Assembly: GCA_016839745.1 (NCBI GenBank)
Contig: JAEOTS010000107.1
Span: 1-46,451 of the forward strand
Length of the DNA: 46,451 nt
Direction: 5' to 3'
DNA from: Promethearchaeota archaeon
GTDB lineage: Archaea; Asgardarchaeota; Lokiarchaeia; Sigyniarchaeales; SOKP01
Made by a program: the position numbers and the translations under genes. Below the pieces are notes generated by a model. The model had not been told where the DNA came from and did no database searches. It worked only from the letters and a program-made list of their open reading frames with translations. This document shows, in pieces, positions 46,318 through 46,451 of the stretch; the stretch's first letter is position 1, and each line of letters starts with the position of its first letter.

Positions 46318-46451
46318 TTACTTCCCCCAAAAATTAAATTTTCCTCTACTTAATATCATTTTTGGATCCAAAACTTCCTTAATTGACTTCATAAAATTGT
46401 AAAACTCTTCCGAATATGCTCCAATATCTACCATCAATCTTGACATATAAT
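46318..46451 (-). CDS. C-terminus of a GlcD-like FAD-linked oxidase (5' end outside the window)
   Basis: Minus frame reads ...EEFYNFMKSIKEVLDPKMILSRGKFNFWGK*, matching the KxxLDPxxILNPGK ending. The stop is 4 nt before the Fe-S gene start. Confidence 0.75.
   Translation of the reverse strand, partial: YMSRLMVDIGAYSEEFYNFMKSIKEVLDPKMILSRGKFNFWGK

Noticed and set aside
772-46353. Numerous short overlapping or antisense ORFs in the track (e.g. 6610..6933, 13401..13799, 13863..14288, 40614..41072)
   Set aside because: They lie within well-supported genes and show no motifs; they are shadow frames.

Overview
AT-rich, densely coding archaeal window. Gene content points to an Asgard archaeon, probably Lokiarchaeia: ftr, a methanogenesis-marker-9 domain, AOR, a FrhB fusion, archaeal Hsp20, an intron-containing tRNA and a longin/uDENN-like protein. 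This taxonomic call is inferred from content, not from a search. Left part: hisS, then a fermentative redox block (RidA, type III PLP enzyme, tungsten AOR, split UxaA/SuyAB, LutAB-like pair, four-subunit 2-oxoacid:ferredoxin oxidoreductase followed by a FrhB-PyrK/NfnA fusion). Middle: two EamA transporters and a tandemly duplicated ABC ATPase plus permease-CAAX-protease fusion. Right part: regulators, phnN, tRNA-His(GUG) with a non-canonical intron, an AAA+ ATPase, a carboxylesterase, ftr and Fe-S oxidoreductases. Signals the ORF track misses: (1) an in-frame UGA in a DUF3795-like gene that would complete a UxxC..CxxC motif; (2) an 80-bp promoter duplication flanking the esterase; (3) a one-base frameshift in a ferredoxin; (4) a highly structured ~220-nt intergenic element at 44.84-45.06 kb. 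No CRISPR array, rRNA or transposase was seen.
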